NCBI GenBank assembly: GCA_963794325.1
Contig: CAWCDG010000008.1
Span: 38,628 to 102,627, forward strand
Length of the DNA stretch: 64,000 bases
From: an uncultured delta proteobacterium
GTDB taxonomy: Bacteria; Desulfobacterota; Binatia; Binatales; Binataceae
Direction: 5' to 3'
Shown: positions 19,482 to 30,249 of the stretch, one piece after another
How positions within the stretch are numbered: position 1 is the stretch's first letter
Layout: each line of letters opens with the position of its first letter
Translations under genes and position numbers: made by a program
Notes under the pieces: generated by a model
Database searches by the model: none
Told to the model about the DNA's origin: nothing
What the model saw: the letters and a program-made list of their open reading frames with translations, nothing else

Positions 19482-20675
19482 ATGAGTAAAGGGCGCGAAG
19501 CGATTCTGGCACTGGCCGACGGAAGAATTTTCCGCGGGCGCGCATTTGGCGCGGTCGGCGAGGCCGTCGGCGAAGTGGTCTTCAACACCGCCATGACCGG
19601 TTACCAGGAAGTGCTGACCGACCCGTCGTACAAGGGCCAGCTGGTCTGCATGACGTATCCGGAGATCGGCAACGTCGGGATCAACGCCGAAGACGCGGAG
19701 TCGCGCCGCCTGTACGTCGAGGGATTCATCGTCAAGGAATACTGGGAGCGTCCGTCGAACTGGCGCTCGGAGATGCCGCTGGGAAAGTACCTGGAGGATG
19801 CCGGAGTGGTCGGTATCGAGGGAATCGACACGCGCGCCCTGGTTCGACATCTCCGCACGCGCGGTGCTCAGGAAGCGGTGATATCGAGCATCGACCTGGA
19901 TGCCGACTCGCTGGTGCGCAAGGCGAAGGCGTCGCCCGGATTGGTCGGCCGGGATCTCGTCAAAGAGGTTACCTCTGCCGAGGCTTACGATTGGGACTTC
20001 GGTGATTGGAAATTGGGGAGCGGGCACGTCAGGATGAGTCGCGAAGCGACGCGCGATGCGCCGACGATCGTCGCGCTCGATTACGGAATCAAGCTGAACA
20101 TTCTGCGCCGGCTGGTTGCGACCGGATTTCGCGTTAAAGTGATTCCTGCCACGTCCAGTGCCGAGCAGATACTCGCGCACAATCCCGATGGAGTGTTTCT
20201 GTCGAATGGACCCGGCGATCCTGCAGCGCTGCCGTACGCTTACAGAGCCATCGCGGGCGTCCTGGGAAAAAAGCCGGTGTTCGGCATTTGTCTGGGACAT
20301 CAACTGCTGGGGCTGGCACTCGGCGGCAAGACCTACAAACTCGATTTCGGGCATCATGGCGCAAATCACCCGGTGATGGATCTGCGCACTCGGCGGGTCG
20401 AGATCACGTCGCAGAATCACGGCTTCGCGGTCAACGATGAATCGTTAAAAGGCCGCGCTAAACTTTCGCATCTGAATCTCAACGACAACACCGTCGAAGG
20501 ACTGCAAGGAACCGGGGTGCCGTTCTTTTCCGTGCAGTATCATCCGGAGGCGTCGCCGGGGCCGCATGATTCGAGCTACCTGTTCGCGCGATTTCGAAAA
20601 CTGGTTGAAATGTTTCCACGCTACGGCGCGGAAGCGCTGGAGAGAATAATTGCGGCTGAGGCGTCGGCTCAATGA
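19482..20675 (+). CDS. carA: Carbamoyl-phosphate synthase small subunit
   Basis: GEVVFNTAMTGYQE, SNGPGDP, GICLGHQ, QYHPEASPGP. Confidence 0.97.
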   Translation: MSKGREAILALADGRIFRGRAFGAVGEAVGEVVFNTAMTGYQEVLTDPSYKGQLVCMTYPEIGNVGINAEDAESRRLYVEGFIVKEYWERPSNWRSEMPLGKYLEDAGVVGIEGIDTRALVRHLRTRGAQEAVISSIDLDADSLVRKAKASPGLVGRDLVKEVTSAEAYDWDFGDWKLGSGHVRMSREATRDAPTIVALDYGIKLNILRRLVATGFRVKVIPATSSAEQILAHNPDGVFLSNGPGDPAALPYAYRAIAGVLGKKPVFGICLGHQLLGLALGGKTYKLDFGHHGANHPVMDLRTRRVEITSQNHGFAVNDESLKGRAKLSHLNLNDNTVEGLQGTGVPFFSVQYHPEASPGPHDSSYLFARFRKLVEMFPRYGAEALERIIAAEASAQ

Positions 20676-20696
20676 CATGGCTTTAGGATTATCAAA

Positions 20697-23600
20697 TTGC
20701 CGCTTCGTAAAGATCTGAAATCGGTTTTGCTGATTGGCTCGGGTCCGATCGTTATCGGCCAAGCGTGCGAGTTCGATTACTCGGGCACGCAAGCCGTAAA
20801 GGCGTTGCGCGAGGAAGGGCTGCGGCTGATTCTGGTTAATTCGAATCCCGCAACGATAATGACCGATCCGGAACTCGCCGATCGCACATATATCGAGCCG
20901 ATGACCGTCGCGGTGCTGACGAAGATTATCGAGCGCGAGCGTCCAGACGCGCTGCTGCCGACGGTTGGCGGGCAGACTGCGCTTAACCTCGCAATCGAGC
21001 TGGCGGAGGCGGGCGTACTCGATCGATTCAAGTGTGAGCTGATCGGGGCGAAGCTTGAGGCGATCAAAAAGGCTGAGGATCGCGAGCTGTTCAAGAATGC
21101 GATGCTGAAAATCGGCCTCGAGGTGCCGCGTTCTGCGATTGCGCGTTCACGCCAGGATGCCGAAAGAGTACTGGACGAGCTTGGCTTGCCGGTGATTATC
21201 AGGCCGTCGCGAACGCTCGGCGGGACCGGCGGTTCGATCGCGCGGGAGTTGAGCGACTATCACATCAAGGTCGCTTACGGACTCGAACAGTCCCCGAATC
21301 ACGAAGTGCTGATCGAGCAGTCGGTCGAAGGGTGGAAGGAATTCGAGCTCGAGGTGATGCGCGACACGGCGGACAACGTCGTCATCATTTGCTCGATCGA
21401 GAACCTCGATCCAATGGGGGTGCACACCGGAGATTCGATAACGGTCGCACCTGCGCAGACTCTGACCGACAAGGAATACCAGCTGATGCGCGACGCGGCG
21501 ATTCGGATCATCCGCGAAATCGGCGTCGACACCGGGGGGTCGAACATCCAGTTTGCGATCGAGCCGACTACCGGGCGGATGGTCGTGATCGAGATGAACC
21601 CGCGGGTGTCGCGGAGCTCGGCGCTGGCTTCGAAGGCGACCGGATTTCCGATCGCCAAGATCGCGGCGCGGCTGGCGGTCGGTTACCGGCTCGACGAGAT
21701 TCCCAACGACATCACGCGCATGACGCCGTCGTGCTTCGAGCCGACCATCGACTATGTCGTGACCAAAATCCCGCGCTTCACGTTCGAGAAGTTTCGCGGC
21801 GCAGCCGACGAGCTGGGGCCACAGATGAAGTCGGTCGGCGAGGCGATGGCGATAGGGCGGACCTTCAAGGAGTCGCTGCAAAAGGCGCTTCGCTCGCTCG
21901 AAATTGGATCGCATGGGCTGGAGAGCGGGGGGCTTCCAGAGCCGCCGAGCGCTCAGGCGCTGGCGCAACTTCGGGCTCAAGTCGCGATGCCGAGCAGCCA
22001 TCGCCTGTACCATCTGGCTGACGCGCTGCGGTTTGGGATCACACGCGCGGAAGTTTTCGAACTGAGCAAGATCGATCCCTGGTTTATCGATGCTGTCGCC
22101 GAACTGGTCGCGGAGGAAAAGCGCGTCGCGCGCGAGCCGTTGGGGGAGGCGTACTTCCGCGAGTTCAAGCCGATGGGATTTTCAGATCGCCGAATCGCGG
22201 ATCTGCGAGGCGTTGACGAAGCTGCCGTTGCGTCCGCACGGCGCAGCGCTGGAGTGATGCCGGTTTACAAATCGGTGGATACCTGTGGCGCTGAATTCGA
22301 AGCGTTCACGCCATACCTCTATTCGACCTACGAAGGCGAAGATGAGGCACCGCCGACCGCGCGCAAGAAAGTGATCATCTTGGGCGGCGGACCGAACCGG
22401 ATAGGGCAGGGGATCGAGTTCGACTACTGCTGCGTGCACGCGAGCATGGCGCTCAAGGACGCCGGTTTCGAAACCATCATGGTGAATTGTAATCCCGAGA
22501 CGGTCTCGACCGATTACGACATTTCGGATCGCCTCTACTTTGAGCCGCTGACCTTCGAGGACGTGATGGCGATTGCCGAGCGGGAGCGTCCGGTCGGAGT
22601 GATCGTGCAGTTCGGGGGACAGACGCCGCTCAAGCTCGCAGTGCCGCTGGCGCGTGCGGGAGTGCCGATTTTGGGAACAACACCCGACGCGATCGATCGC
22701 GCGGAGGATCGTGAGCGCTTCAATGAGATGGTCGCGCGGCTCGGACTTAGACAACCGGATGGAGTGCTGGCGCGCGGGCTCGACGAGGCGGTCGCAGGCG
22801 CGTCGAAGGTCGGCTACCCGGTCCTGATCCGGCCGTCGTACGTGTTGGGCGGGCGCGCGATGGAAGTGATTCCCAACGAAGAGGAGCTGTGTCGGTACGT
22901 CACGCAGGCTCTGCAAGCCTCCGAGCGCCATCCGTTGTTAATCGATCGTTACCTGCAAGGCGCGATCGAAGTCGATGTCGATGCTATTTCGGACGGCGAG
23001 ACCGTGGTTGTCGGCGGAATAATGGAGCACGTCGAGCATGCGGGGATCCATTCGGGCGATAGCGCGTGCGCACTGCCTCCGACGACCTTGAGCGCCGCGA
23101 TGCAGAAAGAATTAATCGCGCAGACGAAAATGCTGGCGCGCGAACTCGGTGTGATCGGGTTGATCAATATCCAGTATGCGATTTACGGCGGCGAGGTTTA
23201 TATTCTCGAAGTCAATCCGCGCGCATCGCGCACGGTTCCGTTTGTAAGCAAAGCGATCGGTGCTCCGTTGGCGAAGTACGCCGCGCTGGTGATGGCCGGG
23301 AAGAAGCTCAGCGAAATCGGATTCACCACCGAACGGGTTCCAAAGCATGTCGCGGTCAAGGAATCGGTGTTTCCCTTCGGTCGGTTCCCCGGCGTCGATA
23401 CAATCCTCGGGCCGGAGATGAAATCGACTGGCGAAGTGATGGGAATCGACAAGACGTTTGCGATGGCGTTCGCGAAGGCGTCGCTGGCGGCTTCGTCGAA
23501 TCTACCGGATAGTGGGCTGGTATTTATCAGCGTTCGCGACGAAGACAAACGCTACCTCGAACCGATAGCGCGCGGACTGGATGCGATGGGATTCGATCTA

Positions 23601-23906
23601 CTCGCGACGCGCGGGACCGCGAATCATATTCGAGATCTCGGGCTCAAATGCGAAACCGTCAACAAGGTGCTCGATGGCAGCCCGCATATAGTGGATGCGA
23701 TGAAAGAAGGGCGGGTCGCGATGGTCGTCAATACGCCCGACGCGAGCGGCGCAAAAGATTCGTTCTCGATTCGCCGCACGGCGCTGGAACTTCGACTGCC
23801 GTATTTCACAACGATGGCCGGAGCGAAGGCCGCGGTTGAAGGAATCTATGCGTTGAAGCATGAGCCGTTCGAAGTGCGCGCGCTGCAGGACTATCATCAG
23901 GATTGA
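20697..23906 (+). CDS. carB: Carbamoyl-phosphate synthase large subunit
   Basis: [51 protein letters not shown]-terminal MGS domain. Confidence 0.98.
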   Translation: MPLRKDLKSVLLIGSGPIVIGQACEFDYSGTQAVKALREEGLRLILVNSNPATIMTDPELADRTYIEPMTVAVLTKIIERERPDALLPTVGGQTALNLAIELAEAGVLDRFKCELIGAKLEAIKKAEDRELFKNAMLKIGLEVPRSAIARSRQDAERVLDELGLPVIIRPSRTLGGTGGSIARELSDYHIKVAYGLEQSPNHEVLIEQSVEGWKEFELEVMRDTADNVVIICSIENLDPMGVHTGDSITVAPAQTLTDKEYQLMRDAAIRIIREIGVDTGGSNIQFAIEPTTGRMVVIEMNPRVSRSSALASKATGFPIAKIAARLAVGYRLDEIPNDITRMTPSCFEPTIDYVVTKIPRFTFEKFRGAADELGPQMKSVGEAMAIGRTFKESLQKALRSLEIGSHGLESGGLPEPPSAQALAQLRAQVAMPSSHRLYHLADALRFGITRAEVFELSKIDPWFIDAVAELVAEEKRVAREPLGEAYFREFKPMGFSDRRIADLRGVDEAAVASARRSAGVMPVYKSVDTCGAEFEAFTPYLYSTYEGEDEAPPTARKKVIILGGGPNRIGQGIEFDYCCVHASMALKDAGFETIMVNCNPETVSTDYDISDRLYFEPLTFEDVMAIAERERPVGVIVQFGGQTPLKLAVPLARAGVPILGTTPDAIDRAEDRERFNEMVARLGLRQPDGVLARGLDEAVAGASKVGYPVLIRPSYVLGGRAMEVIPNEEELCRYVTQALQASERHPLLIDRYLQGAIEVDVDAISDGETVVVGGIMEHVEHAGIHSGDSACALPPTTLSAAMQKELIAQTKMLARELGVIGLINIQYAIYGGEVYILEVNPRASRTVPFVSKAIGAPLAKYAALVMAGKKLSEIGFTTERVPKHVAVKESVFPFGRFPGVDTILGPEMKSTGEVMGIDKTFAMAFAKASLAASSNLPDSGLVFISVRDEDKRYLEPIARGLDAMGFDLLATRGTANHIRDLGLKCETVNKVLDGSPHIVDAMKEGRVAMVVNTPDASGAKDSFSIRRTALELRLPYFTTMAGAKAAVEGIYALKHEPFEVRALQDYHQD

Positions 23907-23963
23907 GAGGGCGAGGTAAACTAAATCACGACGCGCGTCCGCGCGGCTGTTTTCGCAACGCGC

Positions 23964-26108
23964 ATGAGCCCAGAACCCTCACCTAATCTATTTCATAAAG
24001 TAACCAGCGAGAGATCAGAGAGCAGCGGGCTTCGGATTGATAGTCCGGTTGCGGGGATGCCCGGGATTGGCCCTAAGCGCGCGGCGGCTCTGGAAGCTCG
24101 CGGGATCGTTACCGCAGGCGACCTCGTCTTCCATTTGCCGGTGCGTTACCAGGACTGGCGCGAGCGCTCGTTTCCTAAAGATCTGCGCGCTGGAAATACA
24201 GTCGTCATCGAAGGTGACCTCGGAAAGATTTTTGAGCGGCCGATGCGCGGCTCGCGGTGGCGACGGTTGGCGTCGGGATCGCTCAACGTTGGCGGTCGCC
24301 AGATTCGAGTCGTGTGGTTTAATTTGCCCGCTTACATGCGCGGCTATTTGCCGGGTGGCGAGCGCGTTTTGGTACGTGGACGAGTCGCGACGGACGCGGA
24401 CGGCGGGATCGAAATAGTCCAGCCTGAGTTGCATCGGCTATCGGACGGCGAGCCGAAGGGGATCCGCGCAGTTTATCGCTTGCCGTCGATTGTTGGCCAG
24501 CGGCTGTTCGCGAATCTGGTGTCGCGCGCTCTGCTCGAGGCAGGCGATTCGATCTGTGGAGCGATCCCGGATCAAATGCGCGACAACATACCGACAGTTC
24601 GCGACGCCCTGAGCTATCTCCACGATCCGCCGCCCGATGCCGACTTTGACGCGCTCGCCAACGGCGCGTCGCCGGGGCATCTGGCGCTCGCGTTCGATGA
24701 ACTGTTCGCATTCGAGATCGCGCTTTCGATAGAACGCCTTCGCGGCGCGCGCCGTGTTGGAATCGCGCTCGACGGCTCCCGAAGCTCCAGTGCGAGGATG
24801 ATAGATGAGCTGCCCTTTGCGCTGACCGGATCGCAATCGCGCGCGATCCAAGAACTTGGCGACGACCTTGCGCGGCCGAATCAGATGAGCCGGATGCTTA
24901 TGGGCGACGTCGGTAGCGGCAAGACGATCGTCGCATTCTGGGCGATGATTCGCGCGATCGAGTGTGGGCATCAGGCGGCGATGATGGCGCCGACCGAACT
25001 ACTCGCCGAGCAGCACTGGCGCGGATTCGCGCGGGTTGGCGATAAGCTGGGTATAAGGCACGCGCTGCTCACCGGGAGCGTGACGGGTGCGGCGCGCAAC
25101 CAGATTCTGCGGGGGCTCGCGAGCGGCGAGATCGCGGCCGTGTTCGGGACGCACGCGCTTATACAGGAACGGGTGCGGATGAAGGGACTGGCGCTCGGCG
25201 TGATCGACGAGCAGCATCGATTCGGCGTCTTCGATCGCGCAAAGCTGAAAGCATTGGGGCCGAAAGCGAATGTGTTGATGATGACGGCGACGCCGATTCC
25301 GCGAAGCCTTGCGATGAGCCTGTTCGCGAACCTGGACGTCTCATTTCTCGATGAGTTGCCCGCCGGACGGACCCCGATCTCTACCGAAGTTTGCGCTGAA
25401 GGAGATCTCGCGCGAGTGGATGCTAGCTTGCGCGCCGAGATCAAAAGCGGCGGGCGCGCATACTATATCGTGCCGCTTATCGAGGGCGATTACGACGAGG
25501 CCAAGTCGGTTTCTGCCACGGCGGCCCGCTTGAAGAAGGGAACGCTGCGGGACGCCAGAATCGGCACGATGCACGGCAGGATGAGTCCCGCGGAAAAAGA
25601 TTGCGCGATGCGAGAATTTCGCGACGGCGCGCTCGACATCCTCGTCTGCACCACGGTGGTCGAAGTGGGGATTGACGTGCCGGAGGCGACGACAATTGTG
25701 ATAGTCGCGGCGGAGCGCTACGGCCTCGCACAATTGCATCAGTTGCGCGGCAGGGTGGGCCGCGGCGAGAAGGCGTCGCGATGCTTCCTCGTGGCATCGA
25801 GCGACGCCGACGAGGCGGCTCTGAATCGCCTCACTACCCTGCGCGAATGCACGACCGGCGTAGCGGTGGCCGAAGCCGATTTGCGGTTGCGAGGACCCGG
25901 CGATTTGCTCGGCGCGCGCCAGGCCGGCGCGCTGCCGCTGAAGTTCGTCCATCTGATTCGCGACCATCGCACGATCGAACGTGCACGCAAGCTGGCCGAC
26001 GAGTGGATCGCGCGCGACCCGACGTTGGCCAGCCGCGAGTCGGAAGGTGCACGCGCGGCGGTCAGAAAAATGCTGGCGCTCGGTTTCAGTCTGGGCGACG
26101 TCGGGTAG
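23964..26108 (+). CDS. recG: ATP-dependent DNA helicase RecG
   Basis: GDVGSGKT, DEQHRFG, TATPIPRS, LHQLRGRVGRG, DLRLRGPGD; N-terminal wedge/OB region. Confidence 0.95.
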   Translation: MSPEPSPNLFHKVTSERSESSGLRIDSPVAGMPGIGPKRAAALEARGIVTAGDLVFHLPVRYQDWRERSFPKDLRAGNTVVIEGDLGKIFERPMRGSRWRRLASGSLNVGGRQIRVVWFNLPAYMRGYLPGGERVLVRGRVATDADGGIEIVQPELHRLSDGEPKGIRAVYRLPSIVGQRLFANLVSRALLEAGDSICGAIPDQMRDNIPTVRDALSYLHDPPPDADFDALANGASPGHLALAFDELFAFEIALSIERLRGARRVGIALDGSRSSSARMIDELPFALTGSQSRAIQELGDDLARPNQMSRMLMGDVGSGKTIVAFWAMIRAIECGHQAAMMAPTELLAEQHWRGFARVGDKLGIRHALLTGSVTGAARNQILRGLASGEIAAVFGTHALIQERVRMKGLALGVIDEQHRFGVFDRAKLKALGPKANVLMMTATPIPRSLAMSLFANLDVSFLDELPAGRTPISTEVCAEGDLARVDASLRAEIKSGGRAYYIVPLIEGDYDEAKSVSATAARLKKGTLRDARIGTMHGRMSPAEKDCAMREFRDGALDILVCTTVVEVGIDVPEATTIVIVAAERYGLAQLHQLRGRVGRGEKASRCFLVASSDADEAALNRLTTLRECTTGVAVAEADLRLRGPGDLLGARQAGALPLKFVHLIRDHRTIERARKLADEWIARDPTLASRESEGARAAVRKMLALGFSLGDVG

Positions 26109-26116
26109 GGCGCCGT

Positions 26117-27456
26117 CTACTGGAGTAGCGAGTTTGCGGACGGCTGGATGCGCGCGGTAACCCCGCCAATATCGATCGCGCTCGCGTTCCAAATGGCCGG
26201 CGCGAGCGTATCGAAGTAATCCGCGCCCTGGCCAATCACGACCAGCACCACATTCGATCGAGTATCGATGCGATGCGGGGTGGAGTCGCCGAGCAAACGA
26301 TCGAGCAGCGTCTCGTAGACGACGGCGAAGTGGCTGGCGGTGTGAGCGTCCTCGAACGCGAGCATCCATATCACGTTCACGCCGCGGCTCTGCTGCAGGA
26401 TGATCATGCGGTCGGCGCTCCATCGCGTGGCGAGCCCGAGTTCGCTGGACTGCTTGCCGAGATTGCGCTCGAGGATCACGCGCAGCAGCAGCTCGCCGCA
26501 TGTGTCGTCATCGACTTTTTTCCATCCGCTCATGATTTGCTCGTAGCCGGCAAGCTCAATTTGCGGCGTCGGCGAATTGCTGTCGAAGTAGAGCGAAGGA
26601 TGCAGAATCTGATGAGTGGATTGTGGAGGTTTGCGGTAAAGCGCGTCAACCGCGGGCCATCCACCGCGCCGATAAGCCTCGTCTACGAAGTGCGTGCCTT
26701 CAGAATACTGGAACAGCAGCGGGGCGCTGAGGCCTTCTGGAGTATTGGGGACTTCGGCTGCCAGAGCCACCGAGAGCTGTTTGAGATTGTTCGCGAGCAC
26801 ATCGGCGGTGCGTTGTCCATTCGTCCAGCGGCGTAGGCGAAGCCCGCGATGGTCGCATCACCCTCCGCCACCGACTTGAGCGCGAGCGTACGATCGTCGT
26901 TGTCCTTCACCTTGTCGAGATTCGCTCCGAGATCGAAATTCTGATCCTGCAGGGCGTGCGTCAGCTCGTGCGCGAGCAGCATCTCGCCGACCACGTCCCG
27001 CTGAATCATAAACTGAGCCGCACTGTTCCAGATGCCAATATCGTCGCCGCCTTCGACCAGTACCATTTCTTTGCCATGCGGATCGTAGAAGCCCGCGACC
27101 TGACTCTTCAGGAGCTTGAGCGATGCGGCTTTCAGATCGAGACCTGCGGGATAGAGCCCCGTGAGCGCGCCGGCGACAGCGTCGGCCTTGAGCCGGTTGT
27201 CGGTGGTGTCGCGCATCATGTCCGTTTCCATCATTGATTCAGCTTCGGTGGGCGTTTTGACGATGATTGGGACCGGCTGCTTGAACCGAAGCTGGCGAAG
27301 ATCCTGTATGCCGGCTTCGGTAGTTGCAACCTGCTTTGAATTGACCCGGTCGCCATCGAGCAGCGCGTAGGCGCATCCACGCAGAAACATCAGCCCCGCG
27401 AGAGCGCACATCGGCCACCAGAGCCGTCGTGCGAAGTAAATAACCCTGCTCGTCAT
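26117..27456 (-). CDS. Exported zincin-like (HExxH) hypothetical protein; one -1 frameshift near 26811
   Basis: Joins ORFs 26683..27456 and 26117..26800; signal/lipobox-like LRGC, AHELTHALQDQ..EGDA; adding 1 nt gives 447 codons. Confidence 0.7.
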
Positions 27457-28151
27457 TCGGTGATGATTACAACTGGAAATCCAAATCGCGCTGAGCCGGT
27501 CGCGCGCGCCTCGGCTGCCGATCGAGTCGCAAACGCACCCATGCGTACACGGTAGTAGCGGCGATGCTCGGCATCAAGAACGTCAATTACGCGGACATCG
27601 GTGTAAGATTCGATCAACTTGCTGCGGACCTGCTCCGCGTTCTGTCGATCCGAAAATGAACCCACTTGAACCCAGTACCGCAACGGCGCGCCGACGTCGC
27701 GAGTCCCGGCCGGCTTGCTGATGAGCGCGATACGAACGCGCGCGGTCCCTTTGTCGAGCATACCGATCATGCGCGCCGCTTTGTGCGACAGATCGATCTT
27801 GCGGCCCTTCAGAAACGGCCCGCGGTCGGTGATCGTTACTTCGACGGAACGGCCATTGTCCAGATTCGTGACCATCACGCGACTGCCCAACGGAAACTCA
27901 ATCGAAGCCGCAGTGAGATCCTCCTGGTCGTAGATTCCGCCAGCTGCGCCCTGGTGGCCGTGAAATCCCGGACCGTACCACGACGCCATGCCGACTACCT
28001 GCGGTGCCGGCGTTGGCTGAGGTATCGCAACGACCGGAGGTGGCGGCACGATCGGTGCCGGACGGCTCGACGCACATGCGCCGAAAAGCCCGCTCAGCAC
28101 GAGCGCCGACGCAATCCGCAATGGCGCTCTGTCGATTCGAATCGTACCCAC
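27453..28151 (-). CDS. rlpA: Septal ring lytic transglycosylase RlpA (DPBB + SPOR lipoprotein)
   Basis: Lipobox FGAC, GMASWYG, VTNLDNGRSV, DRGPF..IDLS, SPOR VQVGSFS..YRVRMG. Confidence 0.9.
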   Translation of the reverse strand: MGTIRIDRAPLRIASALVLSGLFGACASSRPAPIVPPPPVVAIPQPTPAPQVVGMASWYGPGFHGHQGAAGGIYDQEDLTAASIEFPLGSRVMVTNLDNGRSVEVTITDRGPFLKGRKIDLSHKAARMIGMLDKGTARVRIALISKPAGTRDVGAPLRYWVQVGSFSDRQNAEQVRSKLIESYTDVRVIDVLDAEHRRYYRVRMGAFATRSAAEARATGSARFGFPVVIITE

Positions 28152-28286
28152 CTCGGCTAACCGGGCCTAAATTACAGGAACGCATCCTTCGCCGCACATC
28201 GCCGCACATGCCGCATGTTGATTGACGTCGAGCGCACCGCTTCGGGGGGCGTCCGCGGCGTGGTAGCATCTCGGGTGTTGAACTCG

Positions 28287-29447
28287 ATGCTGCGGACGAG
28301 GCAGGAGCTGGAAAATATCGAGGCGCGCACGCTGGCGCCGTATGCGATGGCGTCGCGGGCCAGTCGCGGGCGCCGCTTTCCCGAGCCCGAGCATCCCATG
28401 CGCACGGTCTTCGCGCGCGATCGAGATCGCGTCATTCACTCGGCTGCCTTTCGACGACTCGAATACAAGACCCAGGTTTTCGTCAATCACGAGGGCGACT
28501 ACTACCGCACGCGCCTGACCCATACGCTCGAAGCCGCGCAGATCGCGCGCACCGTCGCGCGGGCGCTCGGCCTCAACGAAGAGCTTGCCGAGGCGGTCGC
28601 ACTCGCCCACGACCTGGGACATACGCCGTTCGGACACGCGGGCGAGAAAGTGCTCAACGAGCTGATGACGCCGTACGGCGGCTTCGATCATAACGCGCAG
28701 AGCTTGCGCACCGTCGATTGGATCGAGATTCGCTATCCGAATTTTCGCGGGCTCAATCTCAGCTTCGAAGTGCGCGAGGGAATCGTCAAGCATTCGCATT
28801 TCCAGGATCGTCCCGCCGCGCAGGAGTTCGACGTGAGTACCTATCCGTGCCTCGAAGCGCAGATCGTCGATCTCGCGGACGAGATCGCGTATCTGGCGCA
28901 CGATGTCGACGACGGCCTCAAGGCGCAGATGCTCAGCGTCGAAGAGCTCAATGCGTCTGCGCTGTTCAGAGAGTCCGCGGCGGCGGCGCAGGATGCATCT
29001 CCGTCGGCCGAGATGCGCGTGCTTCGCTACCAGACCGTCATCAGAATGATCGACGCGATGTCCACCGACCTGATGAGCAATCTCGCCGGCGAACTGGAGC
29101 GCAACAAAATCCGCAGCGTCGAGGACGTGCGCAAAGCGGGCCGGGTACTCGTATCGTTCGGTTCAGAGATGGGCGTGAAGGTCGAGGAAATCAAAAACGT
29201 CATGCGCGATCGCTTGTATAGGCACTATCGCGTCAGCCGGATGACTGAAAAGGCGGGCAGGGTGCTCGCCGCCCTTTTCGAAACCTACATGACCGAGCCG
29301 CGTCAGATGCCGGAGCACGTCGTCGCGCGCGCGGAAAAATACGGCGAGCCGATTTCGCGCGCCGTGGCCGATTACATCGCGGGGATGACCGATCGCTTCG
29401 CACTCGACGAGTATCGCAAACTGTTCGATCCCAATGAGCGCGTCTGA
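28287..29447 (+). CDS. dgt: Deoxyguanosinetriphosphate triphosphohydrolase (HD family)
   Basis: RDRDRVIHSAAFRRLEYKTQVF, RTRLTHTLE, HDLGHTPFGHAGE, DYIAGMTDRFA; start at ATG 28287. Confidence 0.93.
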   Translation: MLRTRQELENIEARTLAPYAMASRASRGRRFPEPEHPMRTVFARDRDRVIHSAAFRRLEYKTQVFVNHEGDYYRTRLTHTLEAAQIARTVARALGLNEELAEAVALAHDLGHTPFGHAGEKVLNELMTPYGGFDHNAQSLRTVDWIEIRYPNFRGLNLSFEVREGIVKHSHFQDRPAAQEFDVSTYPCLEAQIVDLADEIAYLAHDVDDGLKAQMLSVEELNASALFRESAAAAQDASPSAEMRVLRYQTVIRMIDAMSTDLMSNLAGELERNKIRSVEDVRKAGRVLVSFGSEMGVKVEEIKNVMRDRLYRHYRVSRMTEKAGRVLAALFETYMTEPRQMPEHVVARAEKYGEPISRAVADYIAGMTDRFALDEYRKLFDPNERV

Positions 29448-30075
29448 CAAGCTGCCGCCATCGCGAAAATCACGCGCGCGCCGCTCGCTCGTGATCCGGC
29501 GAGTCGATCACGTTGGCGATCCCGTGGGCCTCGCATTTCTCGAGTCGCCCGAAACCAACGGCGACGCGGTGCTCGATCGCATCCGCGAATATCTCGGCGA
29601 CAAGCTGAGGCTGGTCAAGGCCGAAGTCTCGCACACTGAGATCACGGTGGAAGTCGAATCGCGTGGATGGGCCGAGGAGGGCACCCGGATGGCCTCCGTC
29701 GCGCGCGACCTGTACGAGAAGGGAGCCAGGCGCTCGGCGCTATCGATGTATCGCGACGCGCTCGACCTCGATCCGATGAACGCGGAGGCGATGCTGAGAC
29801 TTGGCCTCGCTTTTGCTCAGCAGGAAAAATTCGCGGATGCGCTGACCGCGCTCAAGCACGCTCGCGAGTTCGGCGCTGTCGGCGTCGAGATATTGGTCGC
29901 GATGGGTCGAAGCGCGGCCGGCCTGGATCGAGTCGCAAGCGCGATCGGGTATTACGAAGAGGCGTTGAAACTCGAGCCGCGAAACTTCATCGCGCGGCGA
30001 GCGCTGGGCGCGCTCGGGCACAAACCGCCGACGCCGACCAAGGAATCAGGCGCTGTACGGAGCCGCCGCGATTAG
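29434..30075 (+). CDS. Tetratricopeptide-repeat protein
   Basis: TPR patterns (YRDALDLDPMNAEAMLRLG, YEEALKLEPRN). Confidence 0.8.
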   Translation: MSASDKLPPSRKSRARRSLVIRRVDHVGDPVGLAFLESPETNGDAVLDRIREYLGDKLRLVKAEVSHTEITVEVESRGWAEEGTRMASVARDLYEKGARRSALSMYRDALDLDPMNAEAMLRLGLAFAQQEKFADALTALKHAREFGAVGVEILVAMGRSAAGLDRVASAIGYYEEALKLEPRNFIARRALGALGHKPPTPTKESGAVRSRRD

Positions 30076-30210
30076 CTAGAACTGTGCGGAATTCGTATTC
30101 GTTGTCGGCCTGGGCCTCCAATCCACGCCGGACACAATCAACTTTTGAAACGAGGAGCGTCAGGGCACTCAATGATTTCAGGCTTTTCTCGGTTTCCAGG
30201 TATCTCGGCT

Positions 30211-30238
30211 AGTTTACATAATACTTCTTATGCGAAGT
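30211..30238 (-). other. dif: dif-like XerC/XerD recombination site (28 bp)
   Basis: Minus strand reads ACTTCGCATAA-GAAGTA-TTATGTAAACT, an 11+6+11 layout; AT-rich, intergenic, at the gene-orientation switch. Confidence 0.85.
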
Positions 30239-30249
30239 TCCTTGTGGCG

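Noticed and set aside
30145-30249. ORF-track N-terminal extension of the DsbA-like gene (similar over-extensions for lepA, pyrC, NRDE, gcvH, antitoxin)
   Set aside because: The extension precedes the signal peptide and runs through the dif-like site; downstream starts fit the families better
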